From: Tricharina praecox
Taxonomy: Eukaryota
Length of the DNA: 64,000 nucleotides
Assembly: GCF_024521635.1 (NCBI RefSeq)
Contig: NW_026250403.1
Coordinates: 3,038,001-3,102,000, forward strand
Direction of reading: 5' to 3'
This document shows, piece by piece, positions 24,081 to 37,484 of the stretch (its first letter is position 1; the number at the start of each line of letters is the position of its first letter). The notes under the pieces are model-generated. The model ran no database searches. It had not been told where the DNA came from and saw only the letters and a program-made list of their open reading frames with translations. The translations under genes were made by a program, and so were the position numbers.

Positions 24081-25597
24081 ATTTCACGTAAGCCTGGGCT
24101 CGGTCATCTAAAGCTCCCCTACCTACCTACCGCACGTATCGACCAGCCAAAGCCGAAGCCGAATGAGGAAGTGCAGCCTGGAAAGTAAAGGGCTTATCAA
24201 AATTATCAACACCGCGAGTGCCACCAATGCTGCCTAGAGATCTCCAATGCAGGATGTTCAATCACCGGTGTGCTAGCACTCGCGAGTCGCGCTGACAAAG
24301 GATCTTCTTGGTCAGGCAGTTTATTCTCACCGTGTAGTTAGCCGACTAATCCTATCACATGTATCCGCCTCCACTACTATATATTAGCTGGTCATCTTCG
24401 TAAGATTACACTGTACGGTACTTTATCCAAACGTGACATCTCCGGTGATCGCTTCGTGCCGGTTAGGGAGTCGAGACCGCGAGTAGGTATCGGCGACCAC
24501 CATCACTCGGATCACCACCATACCGTACCGGTACATACCGGTCATATGAATGTAAATTACCATATGTTAGTATTCCGGTCAGCACTAGTTCCCTATAAAC
24601 CGTAGTTAGCAATCTAGCACATCCGGGCACAAGCGACCCCCCTTCTCACCAGCGCCAGCGCCAGCAGCGGCGGGGACGGCGGTCAGAGCGCGCTCGCTCG
24701 AGCACAGCCACGCTACTCTATGACATATCTCGGGAGGATCACGCCCGTCCGTGCTTTCCGTGGTCGGAGGTCCGTTCTCGTTCTCATCGGCGAGCCGAGC
24801 AGAGCAGGATTGCCGCCCCGCCTTGTCTCGCGCCAGTTCCGGCCGCCAGTCTTACATAACCAACACCAACTCCGTGCGCTCATGACTTAGGCGCTGACGC
24901 GCCACCCCACTACTCCACTCCACCACTCCACCACCACTCCACTACAACGACTTCTACGTACTCCCCACAGGTAAGAAGTAAGAGTACCCCTGGGTCCTCA
25001 AACGTCGCACCTTCCCCTCCCCCTCCCCCTCGGTGAGCCCTATGTACTGCAGATATACCTAGCGTGTAGCGTGTAGCGTATAGGTAGCGTATATAAGCGT
25101 GCGTATGTAATCCCACAAAGCTGAAACGGCTTTTATGCACCCCGCATGCACGCACACGCACGACACTTTTTTGCGTGTGTGGGTCGTGGGTCGTGGGTTG
25201 ATGGTCGGTGGGGTGGTCGTGTGCTGCCGCCGCCGGTTCTAGAAGGCAAGAGGGAAGGAACTTGGAAGGAAGCAGGAAGGATGGGCCGTGGGCTGGAACA
25301 TCTTGCGCGCGGGAGTGAGTGTGTACCCGGGTAGAGTACCTAGGCAGGTACGTACGTGAAGTATAGTGTACAGACTCGAGCTGAAGCATCCACAGCTGAA
25401 GCCTGAGGTATCTCACCCATCCACCGGTGGGATGCGAACCCCACCCTCCCACCCCACCCCACCACCCCCTATGACTGCATCCCGACTATCCCGACTGCAA
25501 AGATAGGCAGAGCCCCTATGTAGAGTATGTAGGGCCTACCGAGCGAGGGAGGGAGGGAGGGAGGGAAACTCCAGCCTTGCGCCCTGCTCCCCCCGCC

Positions 25598-25631
<34 letters not shown>

Positions 25632-27662
25632 GCCCACGCACACACACAGCTTCCGTCGTCCGCTCACCAACCTCACGATCGGCCTCACACCCACGCACCT
25701 ACACACGACAGGCTACCAACCCACAACCCCATTCCTCAATCTCCACAATATTTCCGCAGCACGCTAACTCTAACTGCCTAACTACCGTACCGTACAACTA
25801 CAGTACAGCTAGTGGTGTAGTGGTGCAGTGCAGTGCGGCAACTTACAGTGCAGTAACTTACAGTGCAGTGTGCGCCGTTGCACAGCCCCGTCGCTGCCCT
25901 ACATACTCTAGACACTCCACATAGACACTCTACTCTACCGACTCTAGATATCTACATATCACCGCCACCAGTACCAGCTCCTCCTCAATGCAATGCACCC
26001 GCAGCCGTAAGCGAAGCATATCGTAGAAGCCAGATGCGCCTGTCGAACCAACCACGGCGCTGGTCAAAACACTGTTCGAAACGGGTGGGGAAGGAGGGCG
26101 GCGCTGGTTGCGTGGTATCTTATGGAGTCCCTACACCCAACCAGCGCCGTCTATTGTATTGTGTTGTGGACTTGGGCTTGTGGGCTTGTGGACTTGTGGG
26201 CTTTGAAAGTGAGGAAACTGAGGAAACTGAAGAAAGTGAAAGTGAAAGTAGTTGCTGCCTATCCAAAAACAGCACGACCAGTAGAAGTCGTCGCCGCCGC
26301 CATCGTGCGAAGCATGGTAAGCAAGCCATCAAGTCAGAAATTCAGCCCTGCCAGTCGGCCGGTCGGTCGGTCGGTAAACAACAATCTAGCGTGCAGAATC
26401 GTATCCACCGATGGAGAACCATCTATAGTAAAGCTGATACACTCTAGTTACACTCTACACTCCACAGCAGATAGATAGATAGATGTACTCTCCAATCGGC
26501 CGTCGCAGGTACACAGGTACCTACTTCATATGTCATAGGTAGTAAGACGATCAAACCCAGGCCAATACGTACTTCAATCAGCCCCACACCCCCCCCCACC
26601 CCCTCATCCAGAAACTAGAAACCACCACCACTTCACGATATCATATCGAATCAAGGTACCGGTATCAAGCTATCATATCACAGAGTAGGCAGAGCATGGT
26701 AGGCAGGTAGGTAAGAATGAGCACTGTAATTGAGACTCTTCTAACGTTGCTCTCTACTAATTGTACAACCCCGATCCTGCCTCCATCCATCCATCCAGTC
26801 CATCCCATCCCATCCAACCAGTCCATCCCATCCAGATCTCCTCCCATATCCCATATCCCATGCCCAACCCCGTAAGGAAATAAAACAGAAACCCATTTCC
26901 CCTTTTTCGCCAGACCGTCCTATCCATCCACCCATCCCATCCCATCCGACCCATCCGATCCCATCCCATCCAGATAAACACCGGCAACTGATACCCCCAA
27001 GCAACTCCAAAGCACCCCCACCCCGCCCGCCCAGTATTAAAGTACGTAGTAGCAGTAGCAGATAAAAACAAGAAGTAGAAGAAGGAAGACAGAACAGATG
27101 AGTAAAGTAAAACAAAGCAAACGCTCGCAGGATGATATGCAACGCAAAAAAGCAAGAATGATGGAAAACAATATGTACTCCTCCCACCCACCAAAGAGTA
27201 AAGGAAAAGAGATGATGAAAAAAAACAGACGCTGTGCGAAACAATAATCATTCCCAAACACCGGTAAAACGAACCCCCCCCCCCCCCCCCTCCATAAAAC
27301 AAACCCAAGCAGGAAGCAAAAAAAAAAAAACCAGACCCAGGTCCCACCCAACCCAACCCAACCACCCCAGTAAAGAAAACACCACATCGTGCGCATGGCC
27401 TCGGTATCGCGTGAGAAGAAGCAAAAGCAAGGCGGTATAAACAAATCATCATGAAACTCGGAAGCGATTCATATACCCCCCCATAGCGATCCACCGAGGC
27501 CGAAACCAAAACCGTATAGCACCGATCCGTCTAATGTTGAGGAAAGAGGTAAGGAAAATAGCGTGGGGGGAGGAGGAGGAGTTGAATCTATCGTAAACGA
27601 GGAAAGGATATGAAACGGGCTGGCGAAAGTGTCGACCCCACATCCCGGCTAAAACCGAGATC

Positions 27663-28802
27663 TCAATACACGGACCGCGTCGACATCGTCGCAACACCCA
27701 GTCGGTCAGGGCTGTTGCTTGCCCCTGCCAAGAACCGGCTCAATAGGCCGCCAGTTGAACCACCGGCGGTCCTGAGCCTCTTCTTGCCGGTATCCAGGAT
27801 CGGCAGAAGATGGCGCACGTGGCTGTGCACGGGGATACTCGGCGAGTTCTCCCGCGAGCTCGCAACCGAGCTCGTTGTCCCACTTCGAGACAGACCGGGT
27901 ACCGAGGAAGGGGGGGAGTCGTAGTCGATGGTGTTGGTTCGGCGGTGTGCGTGACCGCGGGAACGGTGGCGCGAGTGGTGGGGGTAAGAGGAGTTCTCGG
28001 ATCGGTCCGAGGCCCTCGAAGAGCGACCGGACGACGAGGAGGAAGAGAGCGGCGAATCGCTCAAGTGGCGCGTGGGAGGAGTCGTATCGGACAGGTAGAC
28101 GGGAGAGTGATGAGCCATGGATGGCGAGTAGGCGCGGGTGCGCGAGCTAAGCCACTCCCTCTTCATCTCCTCCTTGTACTCCCTGACTCGCTGCCTCTCC
28201 TGCATCTCGATCTCACGGTTGTGGCTGTGCATGATGGGGGTGAGGAAGGGCTCGAGGTGCTTGTACAGGTCGTCTGGGTTGATGCGCAGATCCCAGTCGA
28301 GCAGGAACAGTAGCTGCTTCTCCATCAGGTTGACCTCCGTCAAGGAGAAACCAAAGTTCTCGAAGCCGCGGACCACGCTGTAGCGCGCCCAATGCTTGTT
28401 CTTCGGCGACGAGTCATTCAGGTTCTTAGCGGCCAGGATGAGCGACGCGAGGAAGATGCGGTGAACAGTGCAGCGCATGCCCTTGGCCACCGGAGGCAGT
28501 GTCTTCTGTAACCGGTCAAGGTAGACCAAGCTCGACATCAGTGTTGGGAGCTGGACGTGTGACCGGTCCACGATCGATGTGATGAACTGGAGGAGAGTGG
28601 GAATGGCGGGTTCACGGGATCGAGTGAAGTCGGTCTCGTGATCGCCCTCCGGAGGAGTCTGTGGCGGCGAGGGTAGTGGCTGTTGGCACCGAATGACGTT
28701 TGATGCCTTGGCAGCGAGGTATGCGATCATATCCTTGGAGACTGGCAGTTGGACGAACTCGGCCAAAGCCTCCTTGTTTCCCATCAAGCTTGCTGAAGCC
28801 AT
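27663..28802 (-). CDS. PCL1: Pho85-type G1 cyclin (Pcl1/Pcl2, PclA-like), 379 aa, intronless
   Basis: Cyclin box PTLMSSLVYLDRL...CTVHRIFLASLILAAKNLNDSSPKNKHWA...EVNLMEKQLLFLLDWDL; Ser/Pro-rich tail; first ATG 28802. Confidence 0.92.
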   Translation of the reverse strand: MASASLMGNKEALAEFVQLPVSKDMIAYLAAKASNVIRCQQPLPSPPQTPPEGDHETDFTRSREPAIPTLLQFITSIVDRSHVQLPTLMSSLVYLDRLQKTLPPVAKGMRCTVHRIFLASLILAAKNLNDSSPKNKHWARYSVVRGFENFGFSLTEVNLMEKQLLFLLDWDLRINPDDLYKHLEPFLTPIMHSHNREIEMQERQRVREYKEEMKREWLSSRTRAYSPSMAHHSPVYLSDTTPPTRHLSDSPLSSSSSSGRSSRASDRSENSSYPHHSRHRSRGHAHRRTNTIDYDSPPSSVPGLSRSGTTSSVASSRENSPSIPVHSHVRHLLPILDTGKKRLRTAGGSTGGLLSRFLAGASNSPDRLGVATMSTRSVY

Positions 28803-31800
28803 TGCTGCGATGTGATGATTGTTGGTGATTATTGGTGATTGGAGGGAGTGACTGTTGATGTAGGGTGTCAAGGTAGGTAAAGGAGACTGCACTGCGGTCT
28901 TTGCTTTCCTATTGTCGGGTTTGAGTATTGCGGTTTGAAGTCGACTTTTGTTTTGGAGTCGAGGACAGTATGCGGGGAGGGTTGGGGGGCAAGATGATGT
29001 GATATAAAAAAAAAAAGTCGTTGGGTCGTTTGCGCGTCGTGTCGGTCTGTCTGTCGGTCGAGGGGCTGGCTTGGTCGCAATGTGGGAATCTTACGGGAGT
29101 GCAGGAAGAGGTGTATTAGTGGCGACAAGGGTGTGTGGATGGATGCGTGGTGGGTGTGTGGGGGGGATGATGCGTTCCTTCAAGGAGACGCTTGTGTTCT
29201 TTGACCGAGGTGGTGTTAGGTAGAGAGATTAAGATGTAGTCGATGAAGCACAGCCTGGGGATGGAAGGCGGTGATGGGGGGCGGAGGAGTGCTCTTAAGA
29301 CTTTCGGATCCAGCGCTGGGCGGGGGATGTTGGGCCAACGTCTGGGGTGGAGGAGGGAGGTACCGGTATGGTGTTCCAGAGAGGGTGCAGGGTGAGGCAG
29401 ACGGTGAGCTTGAGGAATCTGGTGGTGGTGTCGGTGGTGGTACGGTATGGAATCTAATTCTACAGCCGCCTTCTCGCCAGAAGTCCGTATGTACGGATGT
29501 TATTCTTTTCCCAGTCAAGGCAAGTTTCTCGGATCCGTTGACTGACGCGCGCAAGACTCTGGTGCGGAAAGGTAAAAATAAGCAAAATAGCAGGAGGGGG
29601 GGTGGGAAATGTTACAGATATCGCAGAGGTGCGGATTTCTCCAGGGGTGGGACACGGCTAGGCCGGGGCAGGGGAAGTGCGCTGGTTGGTTGCGCTGTCC
29701 GTTGATTCAGATCCTCCGAATTCCGCGGCCACGAACGGAATCTGGCACAGCGGGTTTCTCAGCAGCAGCTTGTGACGACGGCGCGATTGGCTGCGGAGAT
29801 CGGAATGAATTAGCAAAGCCACTCTCGTCGCGAGAGACAGTCCGGTCCGGCGAGCAAGCAAGCAATCTCAAGGCGAGAGGTTCGAAATGTCGTCGTCGTC
29901 TTCGGGGGGTGCAGGGGGGGATGGGGGGCAGTGACTAGCGTTTTAGGCTCCTCCACTCCTCCTCCTCCTCCTCCTTCGCGCTGAGATCCGTGACACGGTG
30001 ACAGTAATGTTTTGTCTACCGTTGCATGCGTTTGGAATAGCTGGGACGTGGACAGTGGACACGGGTTTGCAAGGGGAAGGAGGACTAGCTAATGGTGGAG
30101 CAGAGATGCAGGAAAGGGTTGAAGGCAGGAGTCGACAAGGCAGGTGTGGCGGCGACGGCGGCGATGCAAGGGATGTCTGGATGTATCGCGTACACGGAGC
30201 GACGCACGGGGAGGGGGAGCGAACTATGATAGCTGTTGCTGAGCCCGGCAAGACTTGCTGGGTGCTGGGTGATGGGACAAGACGATGGGCGAACCGTCGA
30301 ATGGGCGGACAGTCAGTCCAACGGTCGCTTTGGCGAGCTTGGAATGGTCGACATCGGAGGAGAAAGAACGAGCGTGTTGTTTTCCCAACTGCTGGCTGGC
30401 TGGCTGGCTGGTGATTCGATTGTCGATTGTACTGGTTACCGCTCGATGGGATGGATGGAGGTCGATAGGTATCACCGAGTGAACTCTAAAGATGCACTAC
30501 ACACAGCTTCATCGCTGCACCGAAGCTAGGGAAGCTAGAGTGGAGTGTTGAGCACAAAGACGGCCAGTGACAGCAGACCGATCCGCAGCGGTGGTGGTGG
30601 CCACAGTGGGCCATCATGGCCATCCATGAAGCTCAACCGGCCATTCGGCATCCGTCCTCGGAGCGCTCGTTCAGAGTTTTCTTTTCTTCTGCTGCTGCTG
30701 CTGCAAGTGCGAAGACAACAGCCGGTCCGGACCCTTGCGGACAGCAAAGCAAAGCTGCGTAAAGCAAAGCATCATCACCATCATCATCACCATCATCATC
30801 ATCACCATGGAACACAAAACCAGGTCCACAATCGCTATTCACCGAATAGGAGACACATCTGGCCCTTGGGATTCCTGGCCGATATGTACTCACCGGTTCA
30901 CCTGTTCACCTGTTCACCTGTCCTCCCGTAGAGTACCATAGGTTCATGTACGGGACAAGTTGGCTGAAGGGGGGTTTTTTTTTCTCCTCAACACATTCAT
31001 CATCCACGCCACATCCACAACTGTAGCCACCAGCAAGCCCCCCCTTCCCCGACCGAATCGTCCTCGCCTCTGCGGCAACTGTACGGCGTCCGCCGCTATT
31101 GGATCAGATCCTCCCCCTCACAGCGATCCTGCTTGCTGCTCAGTGCAAGTACTTGGTTATAGTACAGTACATCTGAGCACCTCTCGCGTTCGTTTCACTT
31201 CTGCAGAAAGCGAGAAAGCAAGAAAGTGATAACAACCACAATAACAATAATAATTGGCAATATTGGATCTGCGGGAGCGCGTTGATGATTGGGATTGCCT
31301 GCATCCAGCGAAGCAGAGTCCTCGACGTGGTTGATCCAGAGTTCGGGGTCTTCTGGCTCTCCCAACTTCCCAAGTTCCAATTGCTTTCTTTCTTACGTGC
31401 GCGCCCGGCCCCCAACTGATTGATTGGCCCCATCATTTCGTACGCAGGGCTGTAATTAGATGTCGTGTCCACCTGCGAGCCAACGAAAAAAATCCGCAGC
31501 TTCTGATGAATCTGCACTGCAAGAGTAGGTAGCTACGGTACGGTATGTACGGTGTGTAGGATATGTGCTAGGTAATTTACTAGGCTGTACACACGGTAAC
31601 TGCTGCACCTTCGTACACACACAGTTGGGCGGCACTGGGCAGAGTGGCTGGTGCATACTATTACTACTATTATCTACTACTATTATCTACTACCTATTAC
31701 CAGCTGGTAGCCAGTGCATATCGTCCCCGAATCCCAATGCCCTAGGGTAATAGACGGAGACGGACTGGACAGTTCTCGCCCATCCATCCATTGAGACGAA

Positions 31801-34800
31801 TAATCCGCCGCTACCATGGTTACACCAGGTGGTTAGAGGGGGAACACCATGCCCACACGCAATCCCCCCCGGTCCCCCGATTAGGTGTCGCTCAGGGCAC
31901 GCGAACGCGTTTCATCATTCTCGATCCATCCGCACTACCTGTATCATCTGCACCATCTTGTCCATCCTCCGCCGAGCGCGCGCGTCTACAACATGTTTGA
32001 CATCCATCCGTGTGCTGAAGAATTGCTTGCGAAGATCCAAAGTGTTCGCAGCTACGAACGGTCCCCAATGCCGCTGCCGGCTGTGCACGGGAGTGAGTGG
32101 GTAAGTGGATTGTGCTATGCCCACTTGCAGCCTCTGAGTTCTCCCGAAGTTCACTGTTCTATTACAGTAGATACCGTACCGTATTTATGGACGCTTGCAT
32201 TGATCATTGATCTCTGTCTGCCGGACCCGGCGCGGCACGGCGCTGGGAGGCTGGTAGAGTATGAAGGTAGAGTGCCGGTCTGTACTATATGTACGTCTCC
32301 TTCTCCCGGTCAGTGATGAGGAGTGGCTTGCCGCCTCGCGCCGGCCGCAGAATAGAACAGAACAGAATCACAAACACTGGCCTGCCTTTTCCTTGGGTAC
32401 GTACTAACTAACCATTAGGTACCGTACTCCGCATGCCCTCGCATTGTCTCAAGAGTCGACGATGAAGAATTCTCCGGCGCAGACGCATGCAGAGGCTCGA
32501 GGTTAGAACATGGCAGGCCGTGGTTTTTAGTATCATGGTAGAATAGAATAGAACCGTCGTTAAAAGCCTACGTACCCGCTCAAACAGTCTAACGTACGTC
32601 AAACCCACAAATAGGAAAATCCACCTAAACGGATGTGCACTGTGCACTTCGTCAACGACGCCACGAGGCGGCACAGCGCTTCGAGCCCTCAAACTCGACT
32701 CCACCACCAGTCCCCGGCATTCGGCTTCCGGATTAACTCGGTGCTACCTACGTGCCTAAGGTACTCTCTTTGGAACGGCCCCGGGTCCGGGCGTCCAGAC
32801 ATAGAGTACAGGCATTCGAGCGGTAAAAAATTGAAAGGCACGCACGTCGCACACTGCACGGGATGGACAATGGACAATGGTAATGGACATTCGATATAGA
32901 TGGCGATGTGCTACCGCACACTCTCTCCCCACTACCTTCCTGCCTACATACACACTATATATCCATCACTCTCCACTCGCTCCCACGAAAACAGCGTCTC
33001 TCGCGAGTCCCGATTCCCAAACTCCATCCGACATCGCAGCTGATGCTGATGGTATGCACTCTACCCATCCCCTATCCCCTCGGCATCACGACCCGGAGAT
33101 TTCCTCCAGCGCAGCGTAGCCAACACTTCTTTCTTTCACCTCCCTTTCTTTCAGATGGATCTTAGTTACTTTAGTGCTGAGAGATGACCTCGAAAAGCCC
33201 GAAGGAAAGGGAAGGAGGGGGGGGGGGGGGGGGAAAGCAGCTGAACAGTGAGTCCGGACCAGGAAGTTGCAACCCTCTCCCCCCCGCATCAGGCGATGTG
33301 TGTGCACTTGTATGTATCTCTGTGTGTATGCGTGTATGTGTGTGTAGGTACATAAGTGAAAGTGAATGTCAGCCATCCAGATTTCCAGATTTCCAGCCAT
33401 GTGTAGGTGACAAAGCCCAAGACCAAGACCAAGACCATGACCCCAAGCCCGCGTTACACCTCAAGGCACAACGCAGCCCCTCGGAGTCGGATGAGAAATC
33501 CTACAAATTCCAATGCATTGCTTCGGATCTGCAGATAGTTACCGATCGCCGCCCGAAGGCTGAAGCTGGCCCCTGCCTTGGCCCTTGGCGGGGCTTCCGA
33601 GAGATCGGGGCATTGGTTCGTGTGTGCATTTATGCATATGCTGCGGGATATGTAGAGTACTCACGATATGTAGAGTACCGTGGAGCAGGGCAAGTAGAGT
33701 ACCTGTGTATCGTACCGTACCGTATGGTGGTACGTACGTACGCTGATTACATAGGAAGTGGCTGAGCTCGCTGACGTCGTCTCGAACGTTGAAACTCCTC
33801 AGGCACTCGAGTTCACGGCCACAATACCTGTGTACCACCTAGTACTATGTATTTTGTATCATCATACCTACTATGAGTACCAATGCTTCATTATCGATCC
33901 CGGAAGTGCGGGCGGCTTAATCGCCCTTTCGCCCTTGCCTGCAAGTTGCTTGCTTGCTTTCTGGGTGTGCGGGAGTGTGGGTAGTTAGCCTGCTATAGCG
34001 CGCGCGTTATGCAGCCAGGGCATGGCATGGCATGGCAGGGCAGAGCCCATTTCTCGTACCGCCGGGCCAGCGGTCGAGCCTTCTCTAGTACCTCTTCGCG
34101 AATAGGTATCTGTGTCGCTTCATATGAAGAGCTCAGGCCCGGATTCCGGAAGGCTGGGTGGGCTGGCTGGGTGGTGCAAGGCGCTTGCGGCGGCGAGTTC
34201 GTGACGGCCGGAGATACCCAGAGTACCCAGAGCACTACTACTCGAGTACTCTAGGCAGCGGATTGGTTCTCAGGTCTTCCGAAACAATTCCTGCCCTTGA
34301 TTGAGGTTGAGATGGCAGGCGAGGTGAAACTTTGCTTCGCCTTTCTTCGCCTTTCTTCGCTTAGTTACGGACAGGACAGGACAGGACCACCAGGCCCCCC
34401 ACTGGCACCCACTCCCCCACCGGAGGATCCGGGGGATGCCTAATCTGCTCGTTTCGTTACATAGAGTAGTAATGCGCAAATTAAAGAACACAAAGCCTTG
34501 GAAATTCGCCACTCGAACTCACCTCGAACTCCACCGGGCTGAGTTGTCGTTGTGCGTCGTCGTTGTGCGTCGTCGTTGTGGTACCTCCTACCTAGGTGGT
34601 GGCAGAGATGAATCAGGAATGTGGAGCTCACAGGGCCGAGTGACAGCCGCGAAAAAAAGGGAAGGCGCGTACCTATGATATTACCTATCCCCGCCTGCAG
34701 GCTGCGCGAACTTCCTCATCTCGAAATTCATCATCACGCTTGACAACTGTGCTACGGTCTAACTAAGGTCTACCTACCCCGCCTTTACGTAGTCCCACGC

Positions 34801-35477
34801 GATGCGACGTGCCCGCTTTGACGCAATTTAGCTTACACACTTACACCGTGCACACAAGCGGGGCCGACCGGCCGGATGGACAGGCGGTCGGGCGGTCGGA
34901 CGGGGCGGAGCGCTCAGCCTGCCTCAACACATTCCGGTCCGACCGATGACCAAGGACGAGGTTGCGTCACACACCCCGCACGCCGCTCCGCCGCTCCGCC
35001 TTAGGCCTGCTTGTGAGCAGTGAGTACTACCGTACCGGCCCGGTATCATGACAGCAACGCCTGGCTGGCTGGCTGGTAGGCTTATCTAGAGTAGGTATCC
35101 GATGCCGATCGCGACAGCCTTACCGCTAGGGAAGTAAGTGGTGGTTATCACTCCATGTAGAGCCTAGGGCAGAGGAGAGAATCATGATTCATGATTTCCA
35201 AGAGGCCACATCGACATCGACACCGACATCGATACGGTAATCGAGACTACCATAGAGTACGGTAGAGTACGGTAGAGTACTCTAGAGCAGCTAAGCCCTG
35301 GCACAGTGGCACTGCCAGTTCACAACCGAGGCCGGCGTCGACTCGTCATGCTGCAAGCTTGGCGTTTCCGAGACAGGCAGACAGTGAGGGACCCCACCGC
35401 CAGTTGTTTGCCAGCTCATGCCTGGCCGACCAACCAGCGGCGGCCGCGCAAGTTGAGTTGTGGCGGGGTCGGTCGGC

Positions 35478-35773
35478 GAAACACCTCAAGACTCAAGAGA
35501 AGAGTTCCAGCTATCAGTCGCATGAGAGCGTCATGGGCCATGGGCCATCTGTCCCCTCCCCCTGTCGCAGGGCGAGCTTGGTTTCAACTCATTCTTCCCT
35601 TCCTTTTGCTTTTGACAGCTACAGGTGCGGCCTTTTATTTTATCTTTCCACGTTTCTGGTGTAGTGTAGGTAGCTTCCTGCGGCTGCTGCGGAGTGCGGA
35701 TGGCCAATTGACGCATGACGCTCTCATGCGACTGTGATAGCTGGAACTCTTCTCTTGAGTCTTGAGGTGTTTC
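35478..35773. repeat. Long inverted repeat / candidate hairpin ncRNA
   Basis: 35478-35516 pairs perfectly (39 bp) with 35735-35773; after a 2-nt bulge another 19 perfect bp follow, then imperfect pairing inward; no TSD. Confidence 0.9.
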
Positions 35774-37181
35774 TCCACCTGTTCTTTGTTCCTCGTTCTT
35801 CACGAGCTCCCGCGGTGCCCTACTAGCAGGTGCGCCCGCCCGGTCAACGCTACCCAACGAGCTGGTTAGATAACTGCGGAACGGACCGACAAACACCCCC
35901 CCTCCCCCCTCCTCCTCCTCACCCAACCCACCCATCCATCCTCGGGTAGCAGCATGCTACCAATCAACGCGCCGATCCACGCAACGCAACGGATGGAGAC
36001 TAACGGGTGATGCGTTGGCTGGCTGGTCAGCCAGCTACCAGCCATAGGGAGACATGAATGGACGGATGGCCATGGTGAACAATCACATTCTAGGTACAAG
36101 TAACCAAGGTAGGGAGCGAGTGGTGGTTGATCCTGCAAATACCTCAATAAACTTCAATGTTGCTGCGCTGCTGCGCTAAGTATGGTACGCCTACGGTACG
36201 GTACCGTGTCATGTTCTGCCAGTGCCAGACGCTGCAGCCTGCAGGGAAGGACGATGGAGAAAAGATCTAGAAAGAAAGAAAGACAGACAGACAACCGAAA
36301 GAAAAAAGTTGGCAGTGGGGGGCAAACAAATGGACACCTGTGTGCTCTGCTGAGTGCTCTGGCTTTTTCGCGACCGGGGGGATTGCTCTTCGAAAGAGAA
36401 GAAAAAATGTATCCCACCAACTAGCATGCCTACACCGCCCATGTGCCCAATAGGTAACCATGTGTGTGTGTGTGTTTACCTTGTGATCGCAAGGCTGTGA
36501 ATCGACAAGATCGCCTTGCGACCGAATGAAAGGCAGACTCCTACGTCCTACATACATAACCAAGCTTCAAAGACCTGGCGTTGCTATCTATCCGCCTCGG
36601 AGGACTGAAAGAGGGAGAGGCCTCGTACCGGTGGCGTTCGCGAACATCAGGAAGGAATCGGAGGAATATCACCTTACTTGATGCTTTGGTCGTCCGTTTG
36701 GTAACTGCAACGTGGACTATCTATCACGGATGACCGAGTCGGGAGCGCTGCCAATTGGGAGGGGGATACCGTACCGTACTCATGAAGGGGGGCGAATGGA
36801 AGAGGCGATGGATACCTGCTTCTTATGTACTTACCACGCGGTGGCTTGCCGGTTGGAAGCCAGTTTGGGGTATTATGAGCGAATAGCGAGATCGATGGGG
36901 GAAATGTCAGAGTGATATTCGATGGAGGATGGGTGATGAGGGATGGGTGATTCTCGATGAGGCACCCACCACCATGGTACCATCATCTCGGATTGCCGAC
37001 TGAAAGCTCCGGACACGCTCTTCTCGAACTACAGTACCTATCGGTATGTACGAGTGATGACTTCCGTCCGTCCCATACCCAGATCCACCTATGCATAATG
37101 TACATTCATTCCGCACTTGCAGCACTCGCTTCCACTGTTCCACCCACCCTCCACCCCCGCATCCTACAGATCCTACAGATC

Positions 37182-37484
37182 CTACTTTTTCTCGTCTCCA
37201 ACCTTGAAAGTCTTCGGCATATTCAACCCGACCCTCCTAGCGGTGAGCCGCGTGTGCTCCTCGACATCCAAGTCTCCGGCCAGCCCCGGATTGTAGCGCT
37301 CCAGCAGCGTGACGTAGACGCGCTGGCACTGCAGGTACTTGAGGAACTGCTCGGCGTGCTCCTTCGGCATGTCGGCGCTGCGGTTGAACCGCTGTCGCAG
37401 GCGCGCGTGCAGGCTTGTGGGCTTGGGCGTGAGCGGCGGTAGCTCGCGGAGGAGATTGCGGTAGAGGGCGCGCGTCGAAGACAT
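37182..37484 (-). CDS. FMC1: Mitochondrial ATP synthase assembly factor Fmc1 (LYR family), 100 aa
   Basis: RALYRNLLREL...EQFLKYLQCQRVYVTLLERYNPG...EEHTRLTARRVGLNMP. Confidence 0.9.
   Translation of the reverse strand: MSSTRALYRNLLRELPPLTPKPTSLHARLRQRFNRSADMPKEHAEQFLKYLQCQRVYVTLLERYNPGLAGDLDVEEHTRLTARRVGLNMPKTFKVGDEKK

Noticed and set aside
25422..25446. T-arm-like hairpin GGTGGGGTTCGCATCCCACC (minus strand)
   Set aside because: No D-arm, anticodon arm or acceptor stem
24910..27509. Long ORFs in low-complexity intergenic DNA (e.g. 26757-27509, 25863-26447; also 42537-43148, 46670-47236)
   Set aside because: Products of SSRs and compositional bias, with no domain signal or consistent splice structure
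28803..28892. GTG-initiated extension of the cyclin; likewise the upstream in-frame extension of VMA6 (4735-4863)
   Set aside because: ORF track permits non-ATG starts; no recognisable conservation, and good-context ATGs lie downstream
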